From assembly GCA_045591525.1 (NCBI GenBank), contig JAZNTA010000191.1:31461-95460 (forward strand): a stretch of 64,000 nt of DNA, written 5' to 3'. Below are positions 1 to 9,528 of this stretch, piece after piece (within the stretch, counting starts at the first letter, position 1; every line of letters starts with the position of its first letter). A model generated the notes under the pieces. The model was not told where the DNA came from. It did not search any database and saw only the letters and a list, made by a program, of their open reading frames with translations. Source of the stretch: Acutalibacteraceae bacterium (GTDB lineage: Bacteria; Bacillota; Clostridia; Oscillospirales; Acutalibacteraceae). The translations under genes were made by a program, and so were the position numbers.

Positions 1-2
1 CA

Positions 3-1274
3 TTGGCAGAAATCATCCTTATAGATGCAGATACAAATGCAGTTCTCGACCCAAACAATCTCGAAGTATCACAGAAAGTTACAGTACAGTATGTGTACAA
101 AAACAACACAGATACCAAGATTTTTGTTGAAGGCTTTAAGGATGACAAATCACAAATACCCGGTGTATTCGCTATACCTGCAAAATCACAGGCAAGAGTA
201 AATGCATATACCTTCAAAGTTGCAAATACCCGTAGCTTTAATATCTGGGGTGGTGTATATCTCGAAGGTATGGGCAGAGGAAACACAAAATATGAATCCA
301 ACGGTAATAACAATGAACAGACTTTAGTATGTAAGGTTAATCATCCGTTATCATTAATTCCTATTGCTCCCAATGCACCATATAGAGAAGGTACAGATGT
401 AATCACAAGTTATTGGCTCAACAACAGATGTGATATCAACTACACACCAAATAACAATATCACTCTTGAATTTAATATATACAAAGGTCAGACTCTTGTT
501 GATTCCATAAGTATATATGAGGCAATAGTACCTGCCGAAAACAAAAACTTAATATACTTCAAGTGGACTGTTCCCGAAGGTCTTAACGGTGCGAATATCT
601 CAATTCATGCCGAAGTGGTTGAAGATGGTTTGTCATATAACAAGAAGATAACATCATATGAAACCACACCTTACAACATATCAGCCACACCCGATACTGA
701 CTTTGAAAAGAAAGCTCCTCGTGGCTTCTCTATCCCTTCAAAGTTAGAAACAAAAACAGGTGCGGCATCATGGTGGGAATGGAAATATGAGAACGGCACA
801 TATACGAAGGTTGACTATGCTATCGGTATTTCAAATAACAGAGCTAACTTGACTCCTACTGCTGATTCAACAGCAGAGAAAAATGGTAGTGTATGGACAA
901 TGAAATCAGGTTATGGTCTTACAATGGCTCTCAACAATAATATGAGTGCTGTTACAAGCTACACCAAACCCGATGATACTGCATATACAACTGCACAGTA
1001 TTGCAAGGCTCTCTTACCCGAATACAAGTATTCAACTAATGAGAATGAATATAGAACACTCGGTAAAGATGGCTTGAAATGGGTATTCAGAACCAATGGC
1101 TCATATGGTAATGTTCACTTTACACCATTGTGGTATCCCGATGGCAAATACACTATCGGTGTAGTTCAGAGCGATTGCTGGACACCTGCAGGTATGATTA
1201 CAAGAAATGCAAACACCAACTCAATTGAGATATCTGAATCTGCATATGATGATTGGTATGTAGGTCGCAGATAA
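3..1274 (+). CDS. hypothetical protein, C-terminal 423 aa (5' end outside window)
   Basis: Open frame from window edge to a stop at 1272-1274; no motif recognised; heads the conjugation gene block. Confidence 0.5.
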   Translation: MAEIILIDADTNAVLDPNNLEVSQKVTVQYVYKNNTDTKIFVEGFKDDKSQIPGVFAIPAKSQARVNAYTFKVANTRSFNIWGGVYLEGMGRGNTKYESNGNNNEQTLVCKVNHPLSLIPIAPNAPYREGTDVITSYWLNNRCDINYTPNNNITLEFNIYKGQTLVDSISIYEAIVPAENKNLIYFKWTVPEGLNGANISIHAEVVEDGLSYNKKITSYETTPYNISATPDTDFEKKAPRGFSIPSKLETKTGAASWWEWKYENGTYTKVDYAIGISNNRANLTPTADSTAEKNGSVWTMKSGYGLTMALNNNMSAVTSYTKPDDTAYTTAQYCKALLPEYKYSTNENEYRTLGKDGLKWVFRTNGSYGNVHFTPLWYPDGKYTIGVVQSDCWTPAGMITRNANTNSIEISESAYDDWYVGRR

Positions 1275-1285
1275 GAGGTGGAACA

Positions 1286-1633
1286 ATGCTTAAAAAGGTT
1301 TATATCTGTTCTCCTCTTGGTGGTAACATTGCTGTAAACCTTGAAAAAGCAAAACTGTACGCTAAATATGCACTTAAGTGTGGTACTGCTCCGGTAGTGC
1401 CACACTTTTATGCACTCTGCCTTAATGATAATGATCCAAGAGAAAGAGAACTTGGAGTCACGGCAGGGTTAAGCCTTTTATGGTTTTGCGATGAATTATG
1501 GGTTTTGGGTGATGAAATCACAAGAGGTATGCAATCAGAAATTCGCTTCTGCGAGAATCTGAAAATACCGATAAAGTATATCAAAGAAAACAAAATATTT
1601 AATATGTTAGGAGATGTTAATGATGAAAAATAA
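1286..1633 (+). CDS. DUF4406-like (nucleoside 2-deoxyribosyltransferase-like) protein
   Basis: AGGTGG RBS then ATG 1286; 'VYICSPLGG...LWVLGD' resembles DUF4406 proteins common in Firmicutes conjugative elements (from memory). Confidence 0.5.
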   Translation: MLKKVYICSPLGGNIAVNLEKAKLYAKYALKCGTAPVVPHFYALCLNDNDPRERELGVTAGLSLLWFCDELWVLGDEITRGMQSEIRFCENLKIPIKYIKENKIFNMLGDVNDEK

Positions 1634-1958
1634 CATTAAAAAAATTCTTCTTTGTGTTGCAATAGTAACTGTAATTCTCTCTGTATTTACAGTAACAGCC
1701 TTTGCGGCGGGTGATGTTGCAGGTGCAATCGAAGGTACATGGACTGCAGCTCAGGGTCAGATTAAGGATGTTGTAAACAATGTTGTATTTCCTGCTGTCG
1801 ATTTAATCCTTGCTGTCCTCTTCTTTGTTAAGCTCGGTACTGCCTATTTCGATTACAGAAAGCACGGTCAGTTTGAGTTTACTGCTCCTGCAATTCTTTT
1901 CGCATGTTTGCTCTTTACACTTACAGCGCCTCTTTACATCTGGACAATTCTTTCATAA
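1620..1958 (+). CDS. TrbC/VirB2-like small membrane protein (putative T4SS pilin-like subunit)
   Basis: Signal peptide ending AFAAG plus two hydrophobic helices, about 110 aa, at the head of the T4SS genes; start 1614/1620/1623 ambiguous. Confidence 0.5.
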   Translation: MMKNNIKKILLCVAIVTVILSVFTVTAFAAGDVAGAIEGTWTAAQGQIKDVVNNVVFPAVDLILAVLFFVKLGTAYFDYRKHGQFEFTAPAILFACLLFTLTAPLYIWTILS

Positions 1959-1968
1959 GGAGTAAACT

Positions 1969-2376
1969 ATGGATTTTTTTGAAAAAGAAATGCGAACCTT
2001 ATTGGGAGATAACACAGTTATGTCAGACCTCAAGTTTACAGGCAAAACTATGCTCGGAAGACTTGACGAAAACAAACTGTGTAAGCTCCAGTTTATATCA
2101 ACATCAACAGCCGGAAAGTATAATGCAATTCAGTCAACCATAATTAATTCTAATGATGGTGTAATTGATAAACAGCTTTTCAAATTTTCTGATATTATCG
2201 GTTATTTCTGTAATTCACTTTCAGATAAAATTGAACCCTATATGTGGGATTATAATGAACCGGAGTGGTACACAAAAGTATCACAGACACAGAAAGCGGC
2301 AATTTCTGATGCTGTGCTCGATTATGTCGAAATGTTTCAAGATCCCAAGCAGTCTTTAAGTATGCAATTTAAATAA
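1969..2376 (+). CDS. hypothetical protein
   Basis: 135-aa ORF co-directional with the operon; no motif recognised. Confidence 0.5.
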   Translation: MDFFEKEMRTLLGDNTVMSDLKFTGKTMLGRLDENKLCKLQFISTSTAGKYNAIQSTIINSNDGVIDKQLFKFSDIIGYFCNSLSDKIEPYMWDYNEPEWYTKVSQTQKAAISDAVLDYVEMFQDPKQSLSMQFK

Positions 2377-2483
2377 AATTTTTTAAAAATCCAACTATTA
2401 CAAGAATAGTTCTGTTTTAGTTTGTCGTATTTGTAAAAATAATGTCGTATTATTAAGTTATACACTTGTTTGAGGAGTTTAAT

Positions 2484-2987
2484 ATGGGAAATACATGTTG
2501 TTTTACAGGTCACAGACCACAGAACTTACCATTTGGTTTTAATGAGGAAGAAGATGCATGCAAAAAATTAAAAGCATTACTGCTTAATTCAATTGTTTTG
2601 CTTATCACTAAATACGATGTTGACAAATTCATCTCAGGAATGGCATTAGGTGTAGATATGTATGCTGCCGAAATTGTATTGGAATTGAAGAAAACATATC
2701 CACACATTAAATTAGAAGCTGCTATTCCTTTTGAGGAACAATCTGTAAAGTGGTCAGAACCTTTTAGAGATAGATATTATGATATTTTAGCCAAATGTGA
2801 TAAAGAATCTATGTTACAGTACCACTACACTTCAGATTGTATGCAAAAAAGGAATAAATATATGGTTGACAATTCCGATTATATAATTGCAGTATGGGAT
2901 GGAAAACCAAGTGGAACAGGAAACACAGTAAAATACGCAAAACAGAAAAATAAAAAGATCTTAATAATAAATCCATCGGATTTATGA
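2484..2987 (+). CDS. SLOG-fold DUF1273-family protein
   Basis: GAGGAG RBS plus ATG 2484; N-terminal 'CCFTGHRP' and 'ISGMALGVD' motifs typical of DUF1273/YspA-like SLOG proteins. Confidence 0.6.
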   Translation: MGNTCCFTGHRPQNLPFGFNEEEDACKKLKALLLNSIVLLITKYDVDKFISGMALGVDMYAAEIVLELKKTYPHIKLEAAIPFEEQSVKWSEPFRDRYYDILAKCDKESMLQYHYTSDCMQKRNKYMVDNSDYIIAVWDGKPSGTGNTVKYAKQKNKKILIINPSDL

Positions 2988-3024
2988 GAGCAAGACGAGG
3001 TTTTCTCGTCTTGCTCTTTTTTTG
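2988..3024 (+). terminator. intrinsic terminator
   Basis: GAGCAAGACGAG-gtttt-CTCGTCTTGCTC followed by a T7 run. Confidence 0.75.
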
Positions 3025-3040
3025 ACAGGAGGTGCAGCCT

Positions 3041-3976
3041 TTGTTTGATTGGGTGACGGACATAGTTGAAGCTATAGGTGGTACTGTTTCCGAAACAGTT
3101 GCATCAATGGGTGAAGCTATTGCAGAATCAATATTCGAAGCATTTCTCCAATGGATATATGAAATAATATTCGGTGCAATAGCAGACTTTTTCACATACA
3201 TCACTTCAATGGGCGCTGAATTATTTGATTTGGATTGGGTGAAAGCCGTAATCCTTCTTTTTACAACCTTCGGATGGGCATTGTTTGTTGCCGGAGTTGT
3301 AGTAGCCGTATTCGATACGGCAATTGAATATCAAAATGGTAGGGCTAACATCAAAAGCACAGCAATAAACATTTTAAAGGGTTTCTTTGCTTGTTCTTTA
3401 ATTGGTGTTGTCCCAGTTGAGTTATATAAATTATGTATCACTTTACAAAACACTTTTGCACACGATTTAGCTTCGCTCGCAGGTGCAAATGCGGCTCGTG
3501 ATATTGGGCTGTTGTGTTCAGATGTAATGAAAATATACTTTGATATGAAGACAGGTTCATTACATGTAAGTTTGTTTAGCTTACTTGCTCTTATTGCCTT
3601 TGCATACTGCGTTGTTAAAGTGTTCTTCCAAAACATTAAACGAGGTGGAATATTGCTCATTCAGATGACTGTCGGTGCTTTATATATGTTCTCTGTACCA
3701 AGAGGATATACCGATGGTTTTAATCAATGGATGAAACAGATTGCTGCGTTATGTTTAACTGCATTTATGCAGACAACTTTGCTGTATCTTGGTTTAATGA
3801 CATTCAAAACAAGTATGTTATTAGGTCTCGGTATTATGTTAGCAGCTAATGAAGTTCCACGAATTGCACAACAGTTCGGTCTCGATAGTTCAGTAAGAGT
3901 TAATATGATGAGTGTATTCCATGCATCAACTACTGCTGTAAATTTGGGTCGAACAATTGTAAAAGCGTTTAAATAA
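3041..3976 (+). CDS. VirB6/TrbL-like polytopic T4SS membrane protein
   Basis: About 310 aa with at least 6 hydrophobic helices upstream of VirB3/VirB4 homologues; GGAGG then TTG 3041 (GTG 3032 alternative). Confidence 0.6.
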   Translation: MFDWVTDIVEAIGGTVSETVASMGEAIAESIFEAFLQWIYEIIFGAIADFFTYITSMGAELFDLDWVKAVILLFTTFGWALFVAGVVVAVFDTAIEYQNGRANIKSTAINILKGFFACSLIGVVPVELYKLCITLQNTFAHDLASLAGANAARDIGLLCSDVMKIYFDMKTGSLHVSLFSLLALIAFAYCVVKVFFQNIKRGGILLIQMTVGALYMFSVPRGYTDGFNQWMKQIAALCLTAFMQTTLLYLGLMTFKTSMLLGLGIMLAANEVPRIAQQFGLDSSVRVNMMSVFHASTTAVNLGRTIVKAFK

Positions 3977-3990
3977 TTTGGAGGTGTAAA

Positions 3991-4251
3991 ATGAAAACAT
4001 ATATTTATCCACAGAACTTAAAAGCTACGGCGAATATATGGCTTTGGGGATTGAAAGAATTCTGCATTTTAGGAATCGCAGGTCTCATATCTATAGTTTT
4101 CTTGGTGCGATTTACATTCGTAATTCCATTTGCCTTAACATTATGCTATGGCTTTCTTACAATAAGAATTGACGATATAACAATTCTTGATTTTATAAAA
4201 TACGCTGGTAGATACCTTATATCTACACAGCAAAACTTTGAATGGAGGTAA
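3991..4251 (+). CDS. PrgI/VirB3-like small membrane protein
   Basis: 86 aa, two TM helices, directly upstream of VirB4 as in Gram-positive T4SS loci. Confidence 0.6.
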   Translation: MKTYIYPQNLKATANIWLWGLKEFCILGIAGLISIVFLVRFTFVIPFALTLCYGFLTIRIDDITILDFIKYAGRYLISTQQNFEWR

Positions 4252-4257
4252 CAGCCG

Positions 4258-4875
4258 ATGAAATTAAAAAGAAAAGATGTATCGGTTCAGGAACTTTTGG
4301 GAATAAGGAGTTTTACAAAGTATGGGCTTTCCACTAAAAATGGAGAGCTTTTATTTTTTAACATTACTCCCACAAATATATCAGTTCTTTCAAAAGCAAG
4401 TATTGAAACAAAGATATATCACTTAATGATGGTTTTATCGTCAGTTCCCGATATTGAAATTGTGTGTGCCGATGCAAGTGAATGCTTTGATGAGAACAAA
4501 AGATATCTGCAAGAAAGAAAACTTGCAGAGGAATCAAATAAGGTCAGAAGAATTATTGAAAAGGACATTGTGTTCCTTGATAAAATCCAAACTGAAATGG
4601 CAACGGCTCGTCAGTTTATGTTAATCGGCAGATGTAAAAATGCAAAACCCGAACAGGTATTTACTGTGCTTAATAACATAGAAAAAGTAATTTCCGAACA
4701 GGGATTCGAGGTTCAGAGAATGGGCAAGGATGATATAAAAAGATTTATTGCCCTTTACTTTGATTCATCATTTAACGGTGAAAGACTTCCCGATGTTGAC
4801 GGTCAGCAACATTTTGATTTAAGTGACGTTTTTTCAGGTTTTGACAGAGAGGAGTTTTTTAATGAAAAGAAATAA
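4258..4875 (+). CDS. VirB4 N-terminal-domain-like protein (possibly the detached N-terminus of VirB4)
   Basis: 205 aa; overlaps the next ORF by 14 nt in another frame; combined length of about 816 aa matches single-chain Firmicutes VirB4 (from memory). Confidence 0.5.
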   Translation: MKLKRKDVSVQELLGIRSFTKYGLSTKNGELLFFNITPTNISVLSKASIETKIYHLMMVLSSVPDIEIVCADASECFDENKRYLQERKLAEESNKVRRIIEKDIVFLDKIQTEMATARQFMLIGRCKNAKPEQVFTVLNNIEKVISEQGFEVQRMGKDDIKRFIALYFDSSFNGERLPDVDGQQHFDLSDVFSGFDREEFFNEKK

Positions 4876-6697
4876 GAAAGAAGTAATATTAACAGAGGAA
4901 CAGAAAGAAGAAATTCGCACCAAAGATTTCTTCGACTGTGTCTGTCCAAGTACAATAAAGTTTCTTTCCGACCACTATATTGTTGGTGACAGTTTTCGTT
5001 GTGTATGGGCGATAAGAGAATACCCACCTACAACAGAGGAACAGGCTATTCTCGCTCAGCTTGCAGACAGAAATGGTGTAACCCTTCGCATATATCATCG
5101 CTTGGTTGACCATACGGAGCAGCGAAAAATCATTCAGAATGCAACAAGAAGAAACACTCTCAAAAGCACAGGTAATGATGTTAATGAAACTGTTGAAGCT
5201 GAAGGCAACTTACAGGATGTGGTTGACCTTCTCGCAAATATGAGAAAGAACAAGGAAGTCCTTCTCCATTGTGCCGTATACATTGAACTTAAAGCAAAAA
5301 GTATTGAAGCACTCAAAGAACTTCAGAGTGATATATCAATGGAGCTGACCCGTTCAAAAATTCTTGTTGAGCGTCTTACATTAAGGCAGAAGGAAGGTTT
5401 CTTGTCGGTAATGCCTATGGGCTCAAATATGTTCGGTACACAGTTTGAAAGAGTATTACCAGTCTCAAGTGTAGCCAATCTCTATCCCTTTAACTTCTCA
5501 GGTAAAACCGATCCTCACGGAATATATATCGGACGAGATAAATACGGCACAAATATCCTTGTTGACTTCGACCACAGAGCTGAAGACAAAACCAATGCCA
5601 ATGCCCTTATTCTCGGTAACTCAGGTCAGGGCAAAAGTTTCCTTATGAAACTTATGCTTACCAATATACGTGAGTCAGGAAAAAGAATTGTATGTCTTGA
5701 CCCCGAATCTGAATATGAGGAATTGACAGAAACTCTTGGTGGTTGCTATATTGACCTTATGTCCGGTGAATACATCATCAACATACTTGAACCGAAGGAA
5801 TGGTCTGATAATGAAAACGATTATAACAAGGAAGATCCCGAAGCGTTCAGACGAGTTACAAGACTCAGTCAGCACATTGCTTTCTTGAAAGACTTTTTCA
5901 GAAGCTATAAAGATTTCACGGATGCACAGATTGATACTCTTGAAATTCTCCTCGGAAAGCTTTACGGTAACTTTGGTATTACCGATACAACCGATTTTTC
6001 AAGACTCAAGGCAACCGACTATCCTATTATGACTGACTTGTACAATCTCTGCGATGCTGAATTCAAGGCATATAACAAAGAAGAAAAAAATCTTTATACA
6101 GAAGAAATACTTCAGGAAATCTGTCTTGGTATCAACTCAATGTGTGTAGGTGCTGAATCAAAATATTTTAATGGTTACACCAACATTACAGATGATGCCT
6201 TCTTGTGCTTCGGTGTTAAAGGTTTGCTTGATACCAACAAGCGATTAAAGGATGCTATGTTGTTTAACATCCTCTCATATATGAGCAATCAGCTTTTAGG
6301 TGTGGGTAATACAGTTGCATCAATTGATGAGCTTTACCTCTTCTTAACCAATATGACTGCTATTGAATATATCCGAAATGCAATGAAACGAGTTCGTAAA
6401 AAGGACTCTGCAATTATCATTGCGAGTCAGAATATTGAGGATTTCTTAATTCCTACAATCCGTGAATTTACAAAACCGATGTTCAGTATTCCTACACATC
6501 AGTTCTTATTTAACCCTGGTAGTATCAATCCCAAAGAATATATGGAAGTTCTCCAGATAGAGCCGAGCGAATTTGAATTGATTAAGTATCCTGAACGTGG
6601 TACTTGCTTATATAGATGTGGTAACGAAAGATACCTTCTCCAAGTTATTGCACCCGAATACAAGTCAAAACTCTTTGGAAAATCAGGTGGTAGATAA
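4862..6697 (+). CDS. virB4: VirB4-family T4SS ATPase
   Basis: Walker A 'GNSGQGKSF', Walker B-like 'SIDELYLF'; GAGAGGAG RBS plus ATG 4862. Confidence 0.85.
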   Translation: MKRNKKEVILTEEQKEEIRTKDFFDCVCPSTIKFLSDHYIVGDSFRCVWAIREYPPTTEEQAILAQLADRNGVTLRIYHRLVDHTEQRKIIQNATRRNTLKSTGNDVNETVEAEGNLQDVVDLLANMRKNKEVLLHCAVYIELKAKSIEALKELQSDISMELTRSKILVERLTLRQKEGFLSVMPMGSNMFGTQFERVLPVSSVANLYPFNFSGKTDPHGIYIGRDKYGTNILVDFDHRAEDKTNANALILGNSGQGKSFLMKLMLTNIRESGKRIVCLDPESEYEELTETLGGCYIDLMSGEYIINILEPKEWSDNENDYNKEDPEAFRRVTRLSQHIAFLKDFFRSYKDFTDAQIDTLEILLGKLYGNFGITDTTDFSRLKATDYPIMTDLYNLCDAEFKAYNKEEKNLYTEEILQEICLGINSMCVGAESKYFNGYTNITDDAFLCFGVKGLLDTNKRLKDAMLFNILSYMSNQLLGVGNTVASIDELYLFLTNMTAIEYIRNAMKRVRKKDSAIIIASQNIEDFLIPTIREFTKPMFSIPTHQFLFNPGSINPKEYMEVLQIEPSEFELIKYPERGTCLYRCGNERYLLQVIAPEYKSKLFGKSGGR

Positions 6698-6754
6698 CGC
6701 AAGTTGTTGAAAAAAATCAATCTCTGCGATATAATTGTCGTGAGGTGATTTTTT

Positions 6755-7840
6755 ATGAGTTTGATTGATAATTTTGACTGGAATACCATATTAACATCTG
6801 GTGTTATTGCTGCAGTGGTTGCTGCATTTATAGAAATATTTAAAACCAATAATAGCAATAAAGCTAGTTTTGTAATAAAGCAACGTGAAGATTGGCGTGA
6901 GAAAATAAGAGAAATTTCAGAAGAAATAAACACTTCTAACATGACCAATATTCATATACCTCTGACAAAACTACAAATGAGGATTAATCCTTATGGTAAA
7001 AAAATGATTGATACAAACGACACTGCTTCCAACAACCCAAAAGAGTTTTTTCTAAATGATGGGCATATTCATAGTGTGATGCAGAAAATAGAAAAAACTA
7101 AAGAAAAACAAAAATTCGAACAAGAAAAGCAAAAATTAATAGATTATCTTTCTTGTCTCGTAAAATTTGATTGGGAAAGAGCAAAAACTGAAAGTACCAT
7201 TAATGGTTTTTTTCTTTCTGCGCTAGTTATTGAAGCGATTTCAACGTTTTTATTATTTTTTTATGCTAATCAATACAATTTACGTATAGATGACGCTATT
7301 GTTTATTTGGTTTTATGCTTTGCGTCTCCAGTTCTAATACACTTAATGTTAAAGGATTGTAGAAGTACAGAGAAAATTATCCGAAATGCAAAAAACATCT
7401 TTATATTTATATTATGTGTTTTAATCATTGTAGCAATAAGTATGGTTATCAAATATAATGATTTAATGATACCTATGCTCTTAATGATTCTTGCCTATAT
7501 GGTATTAATAGTATCTATTTCCAATAGAGAGAGATACATAAAAGATTATCTTAATGCAATTGCTATATACAGTATTGTCGATTTTGATGAGCAAAGACCA
7601 AAAAATTCTGACAATGTTAATTCCAAAAAGTCGCAACAATATGCAGAGAATACTAATAATATTGTTGATGATACCTCAGAGGTATTATCGAAGAAAAGTA
7701 AAGTTTATAAAAAAATAAAACATCTACTTGCTCCAATAAGATTACTTTTTCATACTGTTACACTATTGCTTTCGGCTTTGTGGTCATTGTTTGATAAAAT
7801 AATCGATAAAGAAATCAAAATAAAAAAATTTTTAAAGTAA
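6755..7840 (+). CDS. hypothetical polytopic membrane protein (cargo inside the T4SS operon)
   Basis: 361 aa, N-terminal TM, charged coiled segment, 4-5 further TM helices; TATAAT at 6731-6736 upstream and its own terminator downstream. Confidence 0.6.
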   Translation: MSLIDNFDWNTILTSGVIAAVVAAFIEIFKTNNSNKASFVIKQREDWREKIREISEEINTSNMTNIHIPLTKLQMRINPYGKKMIDTNDTASNNPKEFFLNDGHIHSVMQKIEKTKEKQKFEQEKQKLIDYLSCLVKFDWERAKTESTINGFFLSALVIEAISTFLLFFYANQYNLRIDDAIVYLVLCFASPVLIHLMLKDCRSTEKIIRNAKNIFIFILCVLIIVAISMVIKYNDLMIPMLLMILAYMVLIVSISNRERYIKDYLNAIAIYSIVDFDEQRPKNSDNVNSKKSQQYAENTNNIVDDTSEVLSKKSKVYKKIKHLLAPIRLLFHTVTLLLSALWSLFDKIIDKEIKIKKFLK

Positions 7841-7850
7841 AATTTTAGAA

Positions 7851-7884
7851 AAAAGGTGTTCAATTAGTGAACACCTTTTTTATT
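7851..7884 (+). terminator. intrinsic terminator
   Basis: AAAAGGTGTTC-aattag-TGAACACCTTTT followed by a T run. Confidence 0.7.
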
Positions 7885-8954
7885 TGGAGGTGGAATTTAT
7901 AAGTGCAACTGTTGCCGCCGCTTTGAAAAAAATAGCGGTCTCTATACTTACGAATCCGAAAATTCTAAAAAAAGTATTGTGCATTGTTCTCGTCCTTGTC
8001 GTAGCACTTGCCACTCCCCTACTTGCTGTTTATGCTGCTCTTACTGGCAAAGTAGAAGTTAATATTGATGGAATTGCAGAGAACTATGTAGAGAACTTAA
8101 ATGATGCACAGGTCCGAGAATTACAAAAAATGAATGATACAATGTTAGCTGTTGAATCTGCATTGAACGATGCAGAACTCGGTGGACATTATCGAGAAAC
8201 TCAGGTGCTGTATGCACTTGGGCTTTTTGATTTTTCCGACAACGAAAACTTTGCAAGTGACTTGGCAAGTTGTTTTAAAGATGACTTGTCTGATGCAGAA
8301 CTGGTTGAGCTTGTGAATACAAAATTCAGTAGTGAAATTGATGCCGAAGAATACTCCACCGTAGTAAAAGATATTCGCAGTACCTATATTGACTCATCAG
8401 GATTTACCAATAACGGATACAAAAATAACATTGACCTTTGCGTATGGGCTGAAGAAGCAGTTGCAAATGGTTGGGGTTATGTATACGGAACATACGGAAC
8501 TGTTCTTACACAAAAAATTCTCGACATAAAGGCCAAACAATATCCCGATGAGGTTGGTGGTAAATACGACTTCATCAAAAGTAATTGGCTCGGTGGCAGA
8601 ACAGCTGACTGTATAGGTCTCATAAAGGGATACAGTTGGCTTGATGAAGCAACAGGTCAAATCAATTACGGAACGAATGGTATGCCTGATATTGGTGCTG
8701 ACGGAATGTACTCTGCAGCTACAGAGAAAGGCACAATAGGTACCATTCCCGAAATACCCGGAGTAGCAGTTTGGCATAACGGTCATATCGGAATATATAT
8801 CGGTGATGGTTATGTAATCCAAGCAGCCAATACAAAAAAAGGTGTTATAAAAACACCTTTGTCATACAACAGTTGGACTCACTGGTTGAAGATTCCATAT
8901 ATCACATATATCGAAGAAGAACAAACCAGTGAGCCGACAGCAGAAATTTTATAG
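7884..8954 (+). CDS. NlpC/P60-type cell-wall hydrolase (VirB1 functional analogue)
   Basis: N-terminal TM; C-terminal 'GRTADCIGLIKGY...VWHNGHIGIYIGDGYVIQA' Cys/His NlpC-P60 pattern; start codon uncertain. Confidence 0.75.
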   Translation: MEVEFISATVAAALKKIAVSILTNPKILKKVLCIVLVLVVALATPLLAVYAALTGKVEVNIDGIAENYVENLNDAQVRELQKMNDTMLAVESALNDAELGGHYRETQVLYALGLFDFSDNENFASDLASCFKDDLSDAELVELVNTKFSSEIDAEEYSTVVKDIRSTYIDSSGFTNNGYKNNIDLCVWAEEAVANGWGYVYGTYGTVLTQKILDIKAKQYPDEVGGKYDFIKSNWLGGRTADCIGLIKGYSWLDEATGQINYGTNGMPDIGADGMYSAATEKGTIGTIPEIPGVAVWHNGHIGIYIGDGYVIQAANTKKGVIKTPLSYNSWTHWLKIPYITYIEEEQTSEPTAEIL

Positions 8955-8969
8955 AAAGCGGTTGATAAT

Positions 8970-9527
8970 ATGAGTACACGAAGTTTAATTGCAATGCAAA
9001 TCGGTGCTGATAAATACAGAACGATTTATTGCCATAGTGATGGCTATCTCTCACATAACGGTGCCTTGCTTATAGACCACTACGATACACCCGAAAAAGT
9101 AAAAGAACTTATTGATATAGGTGGTATTTCATGCCTTGCTCCGAATCTTAATCCCGCTCCTTCGAAACCTCATGGCTTTGAGTATACAACAAGGCAAGAC
9201 GGTGTGGTTGTTGCATACGGCAGAGATCGTGGCGAAAAAGGTATGGAAGCTAAAGAGTATACGTTCAATGAGCTTGACGATCCCAACTCATGGGCAGATT
9301 ACATCTATGTTTATACCGAAGAAAATCGTTGGAAATTCTTCAGGCACGGTTATTCACAGGAAGGTTTAAAAGAAATTGAACCTGTTCTTAAATTCCAGTA
9401 TGAGCAGTTTGGTGTTGAAAGACCCGAAGGTTATTATGGCTTCATTACCCAAGAAATAATAGATGAGCTTGATAAGGACGGGCGAATTACTTATCTTGAC
9501 TCGTCACCTAACATGGAGGTGAAATAA
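8970..9527 (+). CDS. hypothetical protein
   Basis: 185-aa ORF, tight spacing in the operon. Confidence 0.55.
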   Translation: MSTRSLIAMQIGADKYRTIYCHSDGYLSHNGALLIDHYDTPEKVKELIDIGGISCLAPNLNPAPSKPHGFEYTTRQDGVVVAYGRDRGEKGMEAKEYTFNELDDPNSWADYIYVYTEENRWKFFRHGYSQEGLKEIEPVLKFQYEQFGVERPEGYYGFITQEIIDELDKDGRITYLDSSPNMEVK

Positions 9528-9528
9528 T

